NCBI RefSeq assembly: GCF_006345805.1 | Contig: NC_043008.1 | Span: 63,116,001 to 63,180,000, forward strand | From: Octopus sinensis | Lineage: Eukaryota | Reading direction: 5' to 3' | Length of the DNA: 64,000 nucleotides | Part shown: positions 26,145 to 40,140 of the stretch, in pieces | Layout of the letters: each line of letters opens with the position of its first letter | How positions within the stretch are numbered: the stretch's first letter is position 1 | Program-made: the position numbers and the translations under genes | The notes under the pieces: model-generated | Database searches by the model: none | What the model was told of the DNA's origin: nothing | Seen by the model: only the letters and a program-made list of their open reading frames with translations

Positions 26145-26407
26145 GGGTTGGTTTCCTGGTTTCCTTGACATATAGGTTCCTCACCTGGACGCCGGTCCAT
26201 TGCAGATGAGCTGCAAGATGCAGGAGGAAAGAGTGAGAGAATGTTGTGGCGAAAGAGTCTGCAGAAGTTCGCCATTACCTTCTGCTGGAGCCACGTGGAG
26301 CTCAGGTGTTTTGCTCATAGACACACACATCACCCGGTCTGAGATTCGAACCCGTGATCTCTCGACTGCAAGTCCACTGCTCTAACCACTAGGCCATGTG
26401 CCTCCAC
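26145..26407 (-). mobile_element. tRNA-derived SINE family C
   Basis: Reverse complement of 29272-29572. Confidence 0.9.
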
Positions 26408-26421
26408 TGAGAATATGACTT

Positions 26422-26778
26422 TCTTTTACTGGCTTCATGTGACTGTGGCCATGCTGGAGCACCACCTTTACTCGAGCAAATCAACCCCAGGACTTATTGT
26501 TTTGGAAGCCTAGTACTTATTCTATCGGTCTCTTTTGCTAAACACACCACCATCGGTTGTCAAGCGATGTTGGGGGGAAAAACACAGACACACATACATA
26601 TATATACATATCTACGACTGGCTTCTTTCAGTTTCAGTCTACAAAATCCACTCACAAGGCTTTAGTCAACCCGTGGCTGTAGTAGGAGACACGTGCCCAA
26701 GGTGCCATGCAGTGAGAATCAACCCGGAACCATGTGATTGGTAAGCAAGCTACTTAGCACACTGGCACTCCTGTGCCT
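26422..26778 (-). mobile_element. tRNA-derived SINE family A
   Basis: Homologous to 27612-28005 and 30066-30485, with an internal (CA/TA)n tract. Confidence 0.9.
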
Positions 26779-27611
26779 CGAAATAATGTATGAGATGATT
26801 AATTTTAAGGAAACCTGCATTTATCAGTTAAAATTTTTTTTAATTTTAATGTGTAAGACAAAATAAATCAAGTATTTTAAAAGTGAGATGAAGTCCTTTA
26901 GATATTTGTATGAGAAAAAAACACAAATATTAAAAACAAAAATTAATAAAATATGAATACATACACTCACACTGACACACATAGATACAAACATGCATTA
27001 TCATATACAAAAACTTGTGAGGTTAATTTTTACAAAGGTAACCCCCGTGATGTGAAATTGTGGAAGGACACGAAAGGCCTGTTTAGAAATTGTAATATTT
27101 TCTACAGAGTTTTAATAGAGTTATAAGGATGCATGCATCTTCTAAATAATTAGTTTCATATGTTTTGTAAATTCCCAGGTTATTTTAATCAAAGTAAAAT
27201 ATTTTGAATTTTGTTTTCCAAAGCCTGAATGGTTTTATCCATTGATGTATGGCCTCTGTCTTTCTAAAGCTCTGATCTGTTCTTGTGATGTTTTCATTTC
27301 TCTTAGATTCTAAATATAGCTAGCTAACATTGGTTCTGAAGGGTGTGCTGAGGTTATAAGATGTTTGTTTGAAGTGAGCATCCATCATCCTACTTGAATA
27401 GCAAAGATTGTCGTGTTTATGGTGCTTCATGTTGGAACTGTACATGTAATTGAGTTTCATGGTATAACTCTTGTGAAATTTCCCTGTCCTAACATTTATT
27501 GGAAAAGGCTTAACCAAACAATGCCAGAAATTCCTTATCTACATTGTCTAACTACTTAAGAGAAATGGCTTGAGGATGGGTTACATATCAGATGTTTTGC
27601 TAGGCTTATTT

Positions 27612-28005
27612 TGCTCTTTACTTGTTTCAGTCATTTGACTGTGGCCATGCTGGAGCATCGCCTTTAGTCGAGCAAATTGACCCCAGGACTTATTCTTTGT
27701 AAGCCTAGTACTTATTCTATTGGTTCTGTTGCCGAACTGCTAAGTTACGGGGACGCAAACACACCAGCATCGGTTGTCAAGAGATGTTGGTGGGGACAAA
27801 TGCAGACACACACACACACACATTTATATACATATACATATATATGACAGGCTTCTTTCAGTTTCCATCTACCAAATCCACTCACATGTCTTTGGTCGGC
27901 CCAAGGCTATAGTAGAAAACACTTGCCCAAGGTGCCACGCAGTGGGACTGAACCCGGAACCATGTGGTTGGTAAGCAAGCTACTCACCACACAGCCACTA
28001 CTGCA
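27612..28005 (-). mobile_element. tRNA-derived SINE family A
   Basis: Minus-strand TGGCTGTGTGG A box and GGTTCAGTCCC B box, GTAAAAGA-type tail. Confidence 0.9.
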
Positions 28006-28149
28006 CTTATTTCTGGATTATAAAAATATAAAACCTTTGGATTATAAGTAAATAAAATGTTTACCATGAAGCTGCTATCTGCTAGAGACCTGTTGTTATT
28101 AAATAAGGTGAGGTAAGAGATTATCCTGCCATTATTAAAGATAAGATTA

Positions 28150-28370
28150 AGGTGACAGTGAGCTAACAGAACTGTTAGCTTGCTGGGCAAAATGCTTAGT
28201 GGCATTTAGTCTCTCTACATTCTGAGTTCAAATTCTACCAAAGTCAACTTAACCTTTCGTCCATTCGGGGTTGATAAAATAAGTACCAGTTGAGCACTGG
28301 TGGTCGATGTAATCGACTTCGCCCCTCCCCAATATTTCATGCCTTGTGCCTAAAACAGAAAAGAGTATTA
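28150..28370 (+). mobile_element. SINE family B
   Basis: Homologous to 31483-31700. Confidence 0.8.
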
Positions 28371-29271
28371 GAGAGAAGGTAAGGCAGTGAGCAAGCAGAA
28401 TCATTAGCACACAAAGCAAAATGCCTCATTCTTTTCTGTTTTTTCTTTTTTTTTTCCATCGTCTGAATTCAGAAAAAAAATGCTTTTCAAAACAGAGGTA
28501 CTAATTGTAATTTCGCTTCCAGATCAGAGCTTTAGAAAGACAGAGGCCATACATCAATGGATAAAACCATTCAGGCTTTGGAAAACATAATTTCGCTTCT
28601 ATTTTGCTATAATAGGTTCATATTTCTGCAACTGTCTCAAGAACCTATTCATTAATTCTTCGAAAATTTTGATAAACTTACCATTCTTTCACCTTTTTAA
28701 TTTCAGCCAAACAAGAAGAATTGTAATTACCAGCTGCCTTTTCAAATATTCATTCGCAGACATTTCATATTTACTTTGTTCAATTTGTAAGATTGACAGA
28801 ATTTGTCTTCTACCCACTTAATGCTTTACCAAGTAGATCATATTGTTTGACATAGCTTGTTTACTCATATACTGCACATTGTTCACATTTGTTTACTGTT
28901 TAAACAGTTTGTAATAATAGATCTGTCTGGTCGGTTGATTAAACTTTTCAAAGTTGACCAAGATCATCTGAAATTCGGTCAGCTTAAGTCTTATTAATTT
29001 TTTCATACCTGAGTGTGTTAATTTTTATCATACTTGTACAGCAATCTCATAAATCAGCATCTCAAATTAAATCAAACAATCTTTATTTTCCCTTAATTGC
29101 ATTTATTACTTTTAAATAAGGTAATTAAAGGAAGAAATGTAAGGACCACGGCTTTATCTTGATCTACAGACTAGTGAGATTAAAGTAACTTATATTATGT
29201 TCCATGTAAATATCTGTAGGCTGATGTCCACTGGAAAATGTGAACAGAGAAGACCTAAGATATTAAAGAGT

Positions 29272-29572
29272 GGAGGCATATGGCCTAGTGGTTAGAGCAG
29301 CGGACTCGCATTCGAGGGATCGTGGGTTTGAATCTCAGACTGGGCGATGTGTGTGTTTATGAGCGAAACACCTAAGCTCCACGTGGCTCCGGCAGAAGGT
29401 AATGGCAAACTTCTGCTGACTCTTTCGTCACAACTTTCTCTCACTCTTTCCTCCTGCATCTTGCAGCTCACCTGCGATGGACTAGCATCCCATCCAGGTG
29501 GGGAACCTATACACCAAGGAGACTGGGAAACCGGCCCTTATGAGCCAGGCATGGCTCGAGAAGGAACAAACA
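29272..29572 (+). mobile_element. tRNA-derived SINE family C
   Basis: TGGCCTAGTGG A box, GGTTTGAATCTC B box, AAC-rich tail. Other copies at 26145, 35190, 51760 and 56220. Confidence 0.9.
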
Positions 29573-29769
29573 AAAGATATTAAAACTGAAAAATATTGGT
29601 TTAAATCTGTGAGAAGAGATACAATGAAAATAACAGTAAGAAGAGAGAGACCGATATGTTGATCAGGCATTAGTGAAATACGTACAAAGATAGCTAGATC
29701 AAAGAATCAGAGACCATATTATCAATTATCAAAAGATACAAAAAAGTGACATCAGGGAAAGCACATCAG

Positions 29770-30050
29770 TGAGCTCACGTTTGTTGTGTATTGGCAATCA
29801 GTTGCCAAATACTGATTTTTATGTAGTCCAGGTTTTTGTTTTGGATTGCAGCACTATCCCAAATATAGGAGCAGTACTCCAGTGGAGATAGTAATTGAGC
29901 TCTTTTAGGGGTTAGCTACTTACTGGGGCTTATGTATTTTTCTGAATATGAAGAAGAATTCTAAAATTTAAAATGAAATTTTGGCTGTATTTTATCTATT
30001 TGTTTGCCCCAAGTAATCAATGGTTGTTGTAATGCATTTGTAGAGAGTTT
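29770..30050 (-). pseudogene. Highly degraded CR1/L2-type LINE RT C-terminal fragment
   Basis: Minus-strand 'AQLLSPLEYCSYIWD' resembles the Y...IRP.LEYCS.IW motif. Confidence 0.45.
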
Positions 30051-30065
30051 GATGGTTTTAAATAT

Positions 30066-30485
30066 TTACTCTTTACTCTTTTACTCTTTTACTTGTTTCA
30101 GTCATTTGACTGTGGCTATGCTGGAGCACTGCCTTTTTAGTTAAGCAAATCGACCCCAGGACTTATTCTTTGTAAGCCTAGTACTTATTCTATCAGTCTT
30201 TTTACTGAACCGCTAAGTTAAAGGAATGTAAACACACCACCATCGGTTGTCAAGCGATGTTGAAGGCACAAACACACACACACAAACATATACACACACA
30301 TACGCATATACATATATATACATATATACGACGGGCTTCTTTCAATTTCCGTCTACCAAATCCACTCACAAGGCTTTGGTTGGCCCGAGGCTATAGTAGA
30401 AGACACTTGCTCAAAGTGCCATGCAGTGGGACTGAACCCGGAACCATGTGGTTCATAAGCAAGCTACTTACCACACAGCCACTCT
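30066..30485 (-). mobile_element. tRNA-derived SINE family A
   Basis: (TTTTACTC)n tail at 30066-30092 and a full body. Confidence 0.9.
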
Positions 30486-31482
30486 TACACATTGTTGATT
30501 CTATGTTGAAAAACTGAGCTACAATTCTGTTCCTTGTATATGACTAGCAACTTTGTTGTCTTTTTGCCATTCCAAGACACTAGTTTGCTACGTTTTCATA
30601 TTTTCTAATTACCTATGTCTGGAAGGAAAAGCTGGCCAACATTTTTAGTTCAACCCTTATTTAACCCAAACTTGCTTAATTTAAATCATTCATGTAATTA
30701 TTTTCTTTTGTAGATATTTTCCAGTGTTTAATCATAAATCTTAAGTTTTGTAAGTCTATCACTATACTGCACACCATAGCATATTTCACTTTCACTGGCA
30801 TCTCCAACACTAACAGCTTAACTGACAGCACTCAAAAATTATTATATCCACTATCAGTTGTGTATTCTCTACAGTTCAAATTTATAACACACAGACAGTA
30901 ATATTTACATTGAAAGGAATGTTATTAAATATTTATAATAATGTCAACTGATTATTAGATCGTGGTAATGGCTATGCGCAAAGCATCAAGGAATTTCTAG
31001 TGTTTAATTAATTTTCAAGTAAAATATTCAGCTCTAAAATACAAGGACATAATAACAATAACAACAACAGCAACAACTATAATAATAATAATAATATTGA
31101 TTCAGCAGAATTTATAATGTGAATTTAATAAAATGTATTGTTATTTAATTAAAACACACCATCATTTATTGTTTTTATTTTTATTTCATATTCAGCTTTC
31201 ATTCATTACATGTGAGGTGCATGCATATGTGTGTATTATCTTTTCCAATATTACTTTAGTTTGTCACTGTTTTATAAAGCAGTGGTAGATTTGGTGGTTT
31301 CAGATTTATTACAATAACTTTATTGGAATCTTCTAGGAATTCTTCAATGGCAAAATTACTGCCGGTGCCAACCTTCATCAGTTTCCTCAAATTTTGCATA
31401 TTATTGTACATGAGAGGTATTGCAAATCATCTTTTCTGGATCCATATTTAGTATACAATCCAGAGAGGAATCCACAATACAT

Positions 31483-31700
31483 ATTTCTTTACTACCCACA
31501 AGGGGCTAAACACAGAGGGGACAAACAAGGACAGACAAACGGATTAAGTCGATTATATCGACCCCAGTGTGTAACTGGTACTTATTTAATCGACCCCCAA
31601 AGTTGACCTTGGCAGAATTTGAACTCAGAATGTAGCCACAGACGAAATACCGCTAGGCATTCTGCCCGGCGTGCTAACGTTTCTGCCAGCTCGCCGCCCT
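31483..31700 (-). mobile_element. SINE family B with TSD
   Basis: Flanked by the direct repeat GAGGAATCCACAATACAT at ~31466 and ~31707. Confidence 0.9.
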
Positions 31701-32028
31701 CTGACTGAGGAATCCACAATACATTTGAAGCCATTGTTATTGCTTTGTACTCTCTCTCACTCTCTCTCTTTCTCTCAGTGTTTCCTTCTCTCTTTTCTCC
31801 TATCTCTATCATATATCATATACATTCACTTATAAATGAGCTGCAAAAACGTTCTGTAATTTATCTGAACTCTCTACAGAATTTTATGTGACATTTGGTA
31901 GAATTATTCCAATAATTCATCAGATATCCAAGTGAAAGAAAATAGACGAAAATAATGTTCTATTCAAGTATACATGTGTGCGTGTAAATGTTTATGCATA
32001 CAAACACACATATCTATATAGGTATGTA

Positions 32029-32406
32029 TTAATAATTAAGGGTACTAACAAACAGTACCAGCATGCTAGATATAGCAGCCAACATGACAAAACTGCAGGC
32101 AAAGGTGAAAGTGGGCCAATGAAAAAAATTCCAAAGACCCCGTAACAATGACGAAAATAATTGAAGATTGAAAAAGATTGAAAAGTTGAAGATGAACGAA
32201 GTATTTTCTCAAAGCTCGAAATCACGGGGATATGGGTGTGTCTGGCTTTTCAATCTTCAATTATTTTCCTCATTGATATGAGGTTTCAGGATTTTTATTC
32301 ATTTGCCCACTTTCACCTTTGTGTTTAAGTGAATATTTGTGGTATGGTCATGTTGGTTGCTATATTTAGCATGCCGGTATCACTTGTTAGTACCCTTAAT
32401 TATTAA
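32029..32406. repeat. Diverged inverted repeat (~150-bp arms)
   Basis: 32029-32175 pairs with 32246-32406. Confidence 0.85.
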
Positions 32407-33713
32407 TTGCTAATTTTTTACTGTTATGGGGTTTTATGTATTCTAAGCCACTGATATTATTATAAACAATAATATTCTCATATTTATATATATATATATA
32501 TATCATCATTTAACGTCCACTTTCCATGCTAGCATGGGTTGGACGTATGACTGAGGGCTGGCAAACCAGATGGCTGCACCAGGCTTCAATCTTGATCTGG
32601 CAGAGTTTCTACAGCTGGATACCCTTCCTATGTATAGATATGTATATATGTATATACATATGCATGTGCATGTGTGTGTGTGTGTGTGTGTGTATACACA
32701 GTAGAAATTAACTTAAATTAAATCTTTATACTTTTCAGATATTTATTCACAGTGACTATTAAGAATGGCAGTAAGATATGGTAAGTTTGCTGAGGACTAA
32801 ACATTGCCCTGACAGAGAGGAACCGCTCTATATTATGATTATGATACCAACAAGAATATCCCACTCAAACTGGTCTTTCTTGCTAGTCTATTGAACCTGT
32901 TTGACATTTTATACGTAAAATACAGAAATGTGCATATGTAGGCTATATATAGAGGTATAAGATTATAGTTGGAATATATTTCAGTGACTCTTTATAAAAT
33001 GTTAACAGAAATCTGAAAATAACAAGACCAATATATCTTTGTGTAAGCAGAAGGTGTATGCTTAGTTTAAAATACATTTAAGTAATATAAATGAAATTGA
33101 TATACATTAGTTAACTTGATATATAATTCAGATGTAAGAGGGAAAATGTAGAAGCAACTATATCTCTTATCAATTTGGTTTATTTGAGTAAATTTCTTAT
33201 CATTTGGTTCATATTAACTCCTTATCATTTCACGTATTTGTGTAGAGTCCTTATCATTTGCTACGCTTCCACACGTGGTTTCAATCATTGTTAGTAACAC
33301 AGCCCTCAATACCATTCTTTATCATACAATTTATGCCATTTAGTTCGTTCCTTTCTGTCCAATAATCAATAATATAATACACAAATGAAAAGGATAACCA
33401 AAATAAGCGTTTCACTCATAAAAACCAAAACCTATCATCATCGTATTGTTATCTTCACGAGAACAGAACTGTTTATCTGTCCCCTTTGTGCATGACCCTT
33501 TGAAATATAACTCACAACATAATGAAGCACATATATTTGCCATGATACAATGTTAATACTATCATTAGTATAGCATTTGATCATGTGCTTTGCTAATCAT
33601 CATATCATCACCCAACCCAATTTATCTCCTTTCATTATGATTACCTTCAGTGCTGTATGAACTCAGAAAGTTCAGTGAAATAACCAAGAAGTTTTATATA
33701 TTTATTTATTCAT

Positions 33714-33748
<35 letters not shown>

Positions 33749-35189
33749 CATATTCACTTTAGGGAGTCTAAATAAGCAGCTGCTTCTGAATTGCATTTTG
33801 GATTGATTTAGGGTTTAGTCTTAGCTTTGAAAAAAAAAATCTACTTTAAGCTTTTAATTTCTTAATAGATTTACAAATCCCTGTCCAAATCTGAACTATA
33901 TTTTGATCTACATATAAGTATCCATTATGTAAGCAATTTTATGTGCATATGCAAAGAAGAATAGTGAGAATGCACATATATGCAAATACATATGCAGGTA
34001 GTATATGAATATGTAAACATTTATTATCGTTCAACTGTTGAACTTACCATCGTTTCCCACGTCTTCTTAGTGATTTCAACTCACTCCTTTGCTCTTTTAC
34101 TTTCTACTCTTTCTCCTTCTCTCCCACTTTTTGAATCTCTCTCCCCTCTCTCCTCTCTCTCACACGTTTTATATCTTTCTCTTCTTTCTTTCTCTCCCCC
34201 TCACTTTGTCTATCTCTCTTCCAGCTGTTGATGATAAAAATGAAGAAAGCTAAGATTAGAGAAAACAGATTTGGAAATAAATATATCATTGAAACTTTTC
34301 TACTAAGTTTTGTTATTTTTGAAGCACTAATAATTCTTTATACCCCTTCTACAGCTGATTGTAAGTATAGTTGTTACTTAAGTGTAATTTCATTTAAATA
34401 TTTAGGTAACTGAAAACCTAAATATAGAGATGATAATAACAGTGTGTTGCTAGTAATTTGCAGTAATGCATTAGTTTTAGCAAGGAAATTGTTTTTATAG
34501 TTATATGGTACTGAATTGAGAAATGACTATGTCTACTAAGGGTAATTATCTGCTGAAGTTTTTCTTTATGGACAAAATTAGCACATGTTCTTTATTTCGA
34601 TATCTGTTTGCTTGGAGGAGTGATGATAATGTAGGTGTAGCGTTATATGTCTTATCACACTGACCACTTCGAAAAATTTTCTCACAAATCTGGAGCCCGC
34701 TGATGAAGCCACAATCACGGAAATACAGCATAATAATAATAATAACTAATACTTTTTGATAAGTAGTTTTCCAACAATCTGGCAAATGTTTGATCTCTGT
34801 AATCTGAGCAATTACTTTGGTCCTGGTGTGATATAATCATAACTTCCAGGAAAACTGTATGCAATTACAGACATCAAAATGGATATTTTGTTTAAGTGAT
34901 TCATGATCATTTTAAATTATTCATTTCTATTTTTTTTTAAAGTATAGACTATAGTTGTTGGGTTGTTGACCACAGGATCACTGGTTCAACCCTCCTTACA
35001 ACAATTATCATATGCTCCTTTGCTTTCCTTTAATATTTTATAACTGCTGACTTAAATGATAATGGATTCTCCATGAACTTAATAGGAATACTCTATGTAC
35101 TATACAAAATATCAATCAGTATAGCCACGTACATACCTATACCGATAGATAGGCATATATATGTATATAAACACGTAAAACGATAAACG

Positions 35190-35485
35190 TCACCCTGTTC
35201 AAGCCTAGCCAGGCCCAGTTTCCCGGTTTCTGTGGCATATGTGTTCCATCCAGCTGGACGGGACACGAGTCCATCGCAGCGTTACTCAAGAAACAGGAAT
35301 AGAGAGAGTGAGAGAAAGTCGTGGCAAAAGAGTATAACAGGGGTCACCAGCACCCCTGTCGGAGCCTTGTGGAGCTTTTAGGTGTTTTCACTTAATAAAC
35401 ACACACAACACCCGGTCTGGGAATCGAAACTGCGATCTTCCAACCACGAGTCCACTGCCCTAATCACTGAGCCATTGCACCTCCA
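35190..35485 (-). mobile_element. tRNA-derived SINE family C variant
   Basis: Minus-strand GGAGGTGCAATGGCTCAGTG head. Confidence 0.8.
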
Positions 35486-35916
35486 TATATATGTATATAG
35501 ATATATATATAAATATATGTGTGTGTGGTTATATATTTGAGCTTGCATATATTTATATTTACATATTTAAACAATGATGATGATGATGATGATGATATAA
35601 CTTTATGTGCCTACATGTTCAACTAGCATATCTTCACATTTACACCAAGTACTTCTTTATTATGTTCCATTTTTCAAATTACATGGCAACCTCGCTAATG
35701 CTGGTGTGACACAAAATGTATCCAACACACTCAGGAAAGTGGTTGGTGGCACTGGAATGGGCATCCAACCAAAGAAAACATACTAAAACTAAGACATTTG
35801 ATTGAAGAAGCATTTCCTTCTTCCTGTTGGATCCTGTTGAACCATCCAATCCATACAGCATAGGAAGTGTGCATAACAATGATGATAATGGTGATGGTGA
35901 TGATGATGATGATGAT

Positions 35917-35965
<49 letters not shown>

Positions 35966-36796
35966 CGATGATGATGATGATGATATATAGAACAACAATT
36001 TCCAAAATTATTTGTCCATAAGATATTAAATAAAGTGCTAAATGTATTACAGCAAACTATCAGCTTCTTCAAAAAATATTTTCTTTTAAATGAGAGTTAG
36101 AATTATTCTTTAAAATGGATATTTCCATTTCCTTTGCATTTTACAGCAAAAAAATGTATGCACACCACTGCCATGTATTATTGGTTTCAAATATTTTGCT
36201 GCTATTTCTAGCAAGTCAAACAACCATTAAAAAGCATCTCCATTGACTCAGCATCAAAGTGTTGAATACATTGACGAGAGGGAAATGGAAACGACGATTT
36301 TAAAATCTAAAATTACATGTCATGGTACAGATAATTGAATTATGAAAATAATTTCTATCAATACCTTGGCTTATTGACTTTAAAATTGGGGTTAGAAGTA
36401 ATATAAATGAGAAATGGTTACAAGTCTTAAAATATAACACAGTTTATGTAGGTGAACTCATTTCACATACTTTTGTAGTCTATGCAAAACAACAGACAGT
36501 AGCTTGAATCTCTCTCAATATCAGCAGATTTATTCCACTCTCAAGAATACTAACAATATTGCTAACCAAAGTAGCTGTAGTGTGAATTCTACCTCAGGAT
36601 TATTATTTTGGCTTTTTATGAAAGCTTATTGTCATCATCATCAGCTTCTCACCCCACTTCAATGCCATGTTCTTTGCCATGTTCTTTGCCATGACCCTGA
36701 TTTCGTGTCTTTCTATTATAATCACATTTGGTTCATTTCATATCTAGACTTCTGGAAGTATATACTCTTGCATTACCATCATTATCATTACCCTAA

Positions 36797-37300
36797 TGGT
36801 GGTGGTGGAGGTAGTGGTGACAGTAGTGGTATTGGTGGTGGTGGTGGTGGTGGTGGTGGTGGTGGTGGCAGCAGTGTTGGTGGTGGCAGTAGTGGTGGTG
36901 GTGGCAGCAGTGGTGGTGGTGGCAGCAGTGGTGGTGGTGGCAGCAGTGGTGGTGGTGGGGCAGCAGTGGTGGTGGTGGTGGCAGCAGTGGTGGTGGTGGC
37001 AGATTTGGTGGTGGTGGCTGCAGTGGTGGTGGTGGTAGCAGTGGTGATGGTGGCAGCAGTGTTGGTGGTGGCAGCTGTGGTGGTGGTGGCAGCAGTGGTG
37101 GTGGTGGTGGTGGTGGCAGCAGTGGTGGGGCTGGCAGTGGTGGTAGTAGCAGCACTGGTGGCAGCAGTGGCACCGGTGGAGGTAGCAGTAGTGACAGCAA
37201 AGGTAGCAGCAACAGAGAAGCCAACTGAGGTGGCAACAGAAGTGGATGCAGCAGCAGCGGCAGGGGCAATGGTGGATGCAGCAGCAGCAGGGGTAGTGTG
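36797..37300. repeat. (GGT)n/(GCA)n compound trinucleotide repeat
   Basis: Seen directly; explains the poly-Gly/Val/Pro ORFs. Confidence 0.9.
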
Positions 37301-37813
37301 ATTTTATTTTGTTATTTTGTGAACTGAGAGGTTGGTTTAGTAGAGACCCCTCCGAATTATCTATTTATTAATTTATTTATTAATTTTTTTTTTTAACTAC
37401 GAGGTGGTAGTGAGGTTATCGAGCCTTGCTTCGGTGGAGAATAAATATTATCAATTTTGTCCTGGTGGTGGTTGTATAAGCTATGTTAGTATTGATGATA
37501 CTACCAATGTCATTTTCCCCGCCTCTTATATTCTCCTCAGCCTCTTATCCCACAATTTCAGTTGTAGCAACTCACTTCTTAAATACTGCCTTTCATCTTT
37601 ATTCAAATATTTTTTGTGTCATTTTTACTCCATATGTCTGACTCCAGATGCATGAAGGTAAACCTGGGTTAGATATTAGCTTTGCAATACCTATCACCCT
37701 CAGTAAATGCCTTGCGTTCATAAATACCTTATGCATGGAATTTGGCTAATGGGCATTAAGAAAAGGCCTGTTTTGTGTGTATTTGTGTGTGTATATACAT
37801 ATGTATATATGTG

Positions 37814-37848
<35 letters not shown>

Positions 37849-38139
37849 ATAAGTATGGATGCATGTATTACCATCTATATATCCATACTAGATGGATATA
37901 CACATTTGAAAGGCATGATATTGCAGGTTTGTCTGAAAGGAAACCTCTTTATAGATGTGTCACAAGCAGAATGTATATGAGCAGAGTAAATAGAATGTGG
38001 TCATAGCAGTAACCTCTTTTACATATGCCATGCAGCTGGGCACCAAGACTTATTATAGCTACTCTAGTGTATACCAAGCATATTAACTTCTGACAGCTGG
38101 CCAATATACCAAAGATCATATATAGCAGCACATTTCTAT

Positions 38140-38440
38140 GTATTCAATTCTTTCAACAATTTCCCAGAAATTGAATTTCTATCGTTTTTTTTGGATTTCG
38201 TTTACAAGATTCTTTATGAGTTCGTGTGTTGAAGCATATTCTGTTGTGTCTGGGGAGAGTCATTTTCTTTTTGTGCCTTATAATGTAACACACTCACTGG
38301 TAAAATTTCCACTTATTCCTTATTTTTATTTTCCTAAAATTTTCATTGCGTCTTGCAACCTTTTCAATAGTCATTTACCGGTGAGCATGTTACATTATAA
38401 GGCACAAAAAGAAAATGACTCTCCCCAGACACAACTGAAT
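38140..38440. mobile_element. Probable Penelope pLTR relic with partial inverted copy
   Basis: 38245-38305 pairs with 38373-38432, with a hammerhead-like motif next to the inversion point. Confidence 0.6.
38334..38370 (-). ncRNA. Hammerhead-like motif with U3-A8 core
   Basis: CTA-TTGAAAA-G-GTTGC(AAGAC)GCAAT-GAA-AATT-T-TAG; stem I is only 3 bp. Confidence 0.5.
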
Positions 38441-39049
38441 TTCTTTCTTTTGTCTTTATAAAGAGGAAATAAAATTTCTTTCTGAATATTCCTGAAATTT
38501 AGTGAATTCTGTCCAAAATTTTTAGCAAAATCATATCCAGGTTTGCAATGCAGTCATTTACTTTGCCAGAAGCAGAGCCCATGCTGGGTTGTCACCATTA
38601 AACACATGTGAATCATCAGAAATTCTTTGTTAGAAATCTTCCCTAGGGTTAGTTAGTTTACACAAAAGAATTTTCTTTTTTTTTTTTTTGATTTCTTTGT
38701 TAAGAACTTCTGTGTGATAAACCATGATTATAATTGCAAATAGAAGACTTATTACAAAACCACCACCATCACCACCACCACCACCACCACCACCACACAC
38801 ATCTCATTGTGCACTAATTACTACACTGAATTCATTGCTGATTCCAACCTCAGTTTTAGTATTGCCTAATAACAAAGTACAGCAGGTCTCATAAGCAATT
38901 TGTCCAATATAATATTTCATAATATTCCTTATATTATGTTCAATCATCTCCTCTCATCATTACTTTTTAGCCTATTTCTTATTTCGGTCTTTGGACTGTG
39001 GCTGGGGTACCTTCTTGAAAGAACATAGTCAAAGAAATCGACCCCATGC

Positions 39050-40140
39050 TTCATCACTGTTTAACGTCCTTTTTCCAAGCTGGTATTGGTTTGACTGAGG
39101 TCTGGAGAGCCAGTGGCTGCACCAGGCCACAATCTGATCTGACAATGTTTCTACAGTTGGATGCCCTTCCTAACATCAACCACTCTGAGAGTGTAGTGGA
39201 TGCTTTTTATGTGCCACTGGCACAGGAGTCAGTCAGGCAGGTCTGGCATCGATCATGATCAGATAGTGCTTTTTACATACCACCAGTATGGGGGCCAGAC
39301 AAGGTTTACTGGCATCAGCCACGTTTGGATGGTGCTTTTTATGTGCCACCAGCACGAGAGCCAGTCAGGCAGACCTGGCATCAACCACATTTGGATGATG
39401 CTTTTTACATGCCACCTGCACAGTAGCCAGTCATGGGGCACTGACTACAGCTACAATATTGGTTTTACTTGGCTCAACAGGTCTTTTCAAGCATATCACA
39501 TCACTCAATGCAGGGGTACTCTTAACTGGGCCGGACATGCATGGCTGTGATCTCACTTTAGTTGCAAGGTCTTCTCAATCACAGCATATCTCCAAAGGTC
39601 TTTGTCTTCTGTCATTGTTTCTGTGAGGCCCAATGTATGAAGGTCATGCTTCACCACCCGTTCCAAGGTCTTCCTGGGTGTATCTCTTCCATGGGTTCCT
39701 TCTACAGTTAGTAAGTGGCACTTCCTCACATCTGCCCTCATCCATACATAACACATGACCATACCAGCACAGTCATCTCTCTTGCACACTACATTTGATG
39801 CTTCTTATGCCCAGCTTTTGTTTCAGGGTGCTTACACTCTGTCAATGTCTTCAGCAGTCATGGCCCATGTTTCACTGCCACGTAGCTTGGCAGTTCACAC
39901 ACATGCATCATACAGTCTACCTTTCATCCTGAGCGAGAGGTCCTTAGTTGCTAGCAGAGGTAGGAGCTCCCTGAACATTGTCCAGGCTATTCTTATTCCA
40001 GCCACTACACTCTCAGAGCAACCATCCCCTCAACACACTTGGTCACCTAGGTAGCAGAAGCTATTATCTACTTCTAGTTTCTCTCTCTGACTTGTGATGG
40101 AATCTGTTTCCTATACATCTTCAGTGTTTATTGCCCCCTA
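39050..40140 (-). mobile_element. Older degraded RTE LINE 3' part
   Basis: ORF 39553..39789 'LTVEGTHGRDTPRKTLERVVKHDLHTLGLTE' is homologous to 6006..6467, followed by the 3' UTR. Confidence 0.9.

Noticed and set aside
29272-29345. tRNA gene
   Set aside because: The tRNA-like head continues into a SINE body present in several diverged copies.
36504-37301. 265-aa Gly/Val/Ala-rich ORF
   Set aside because: Translation of a (GGT)/(GCA) microsatellite that is open in several frames, with no domain signal.
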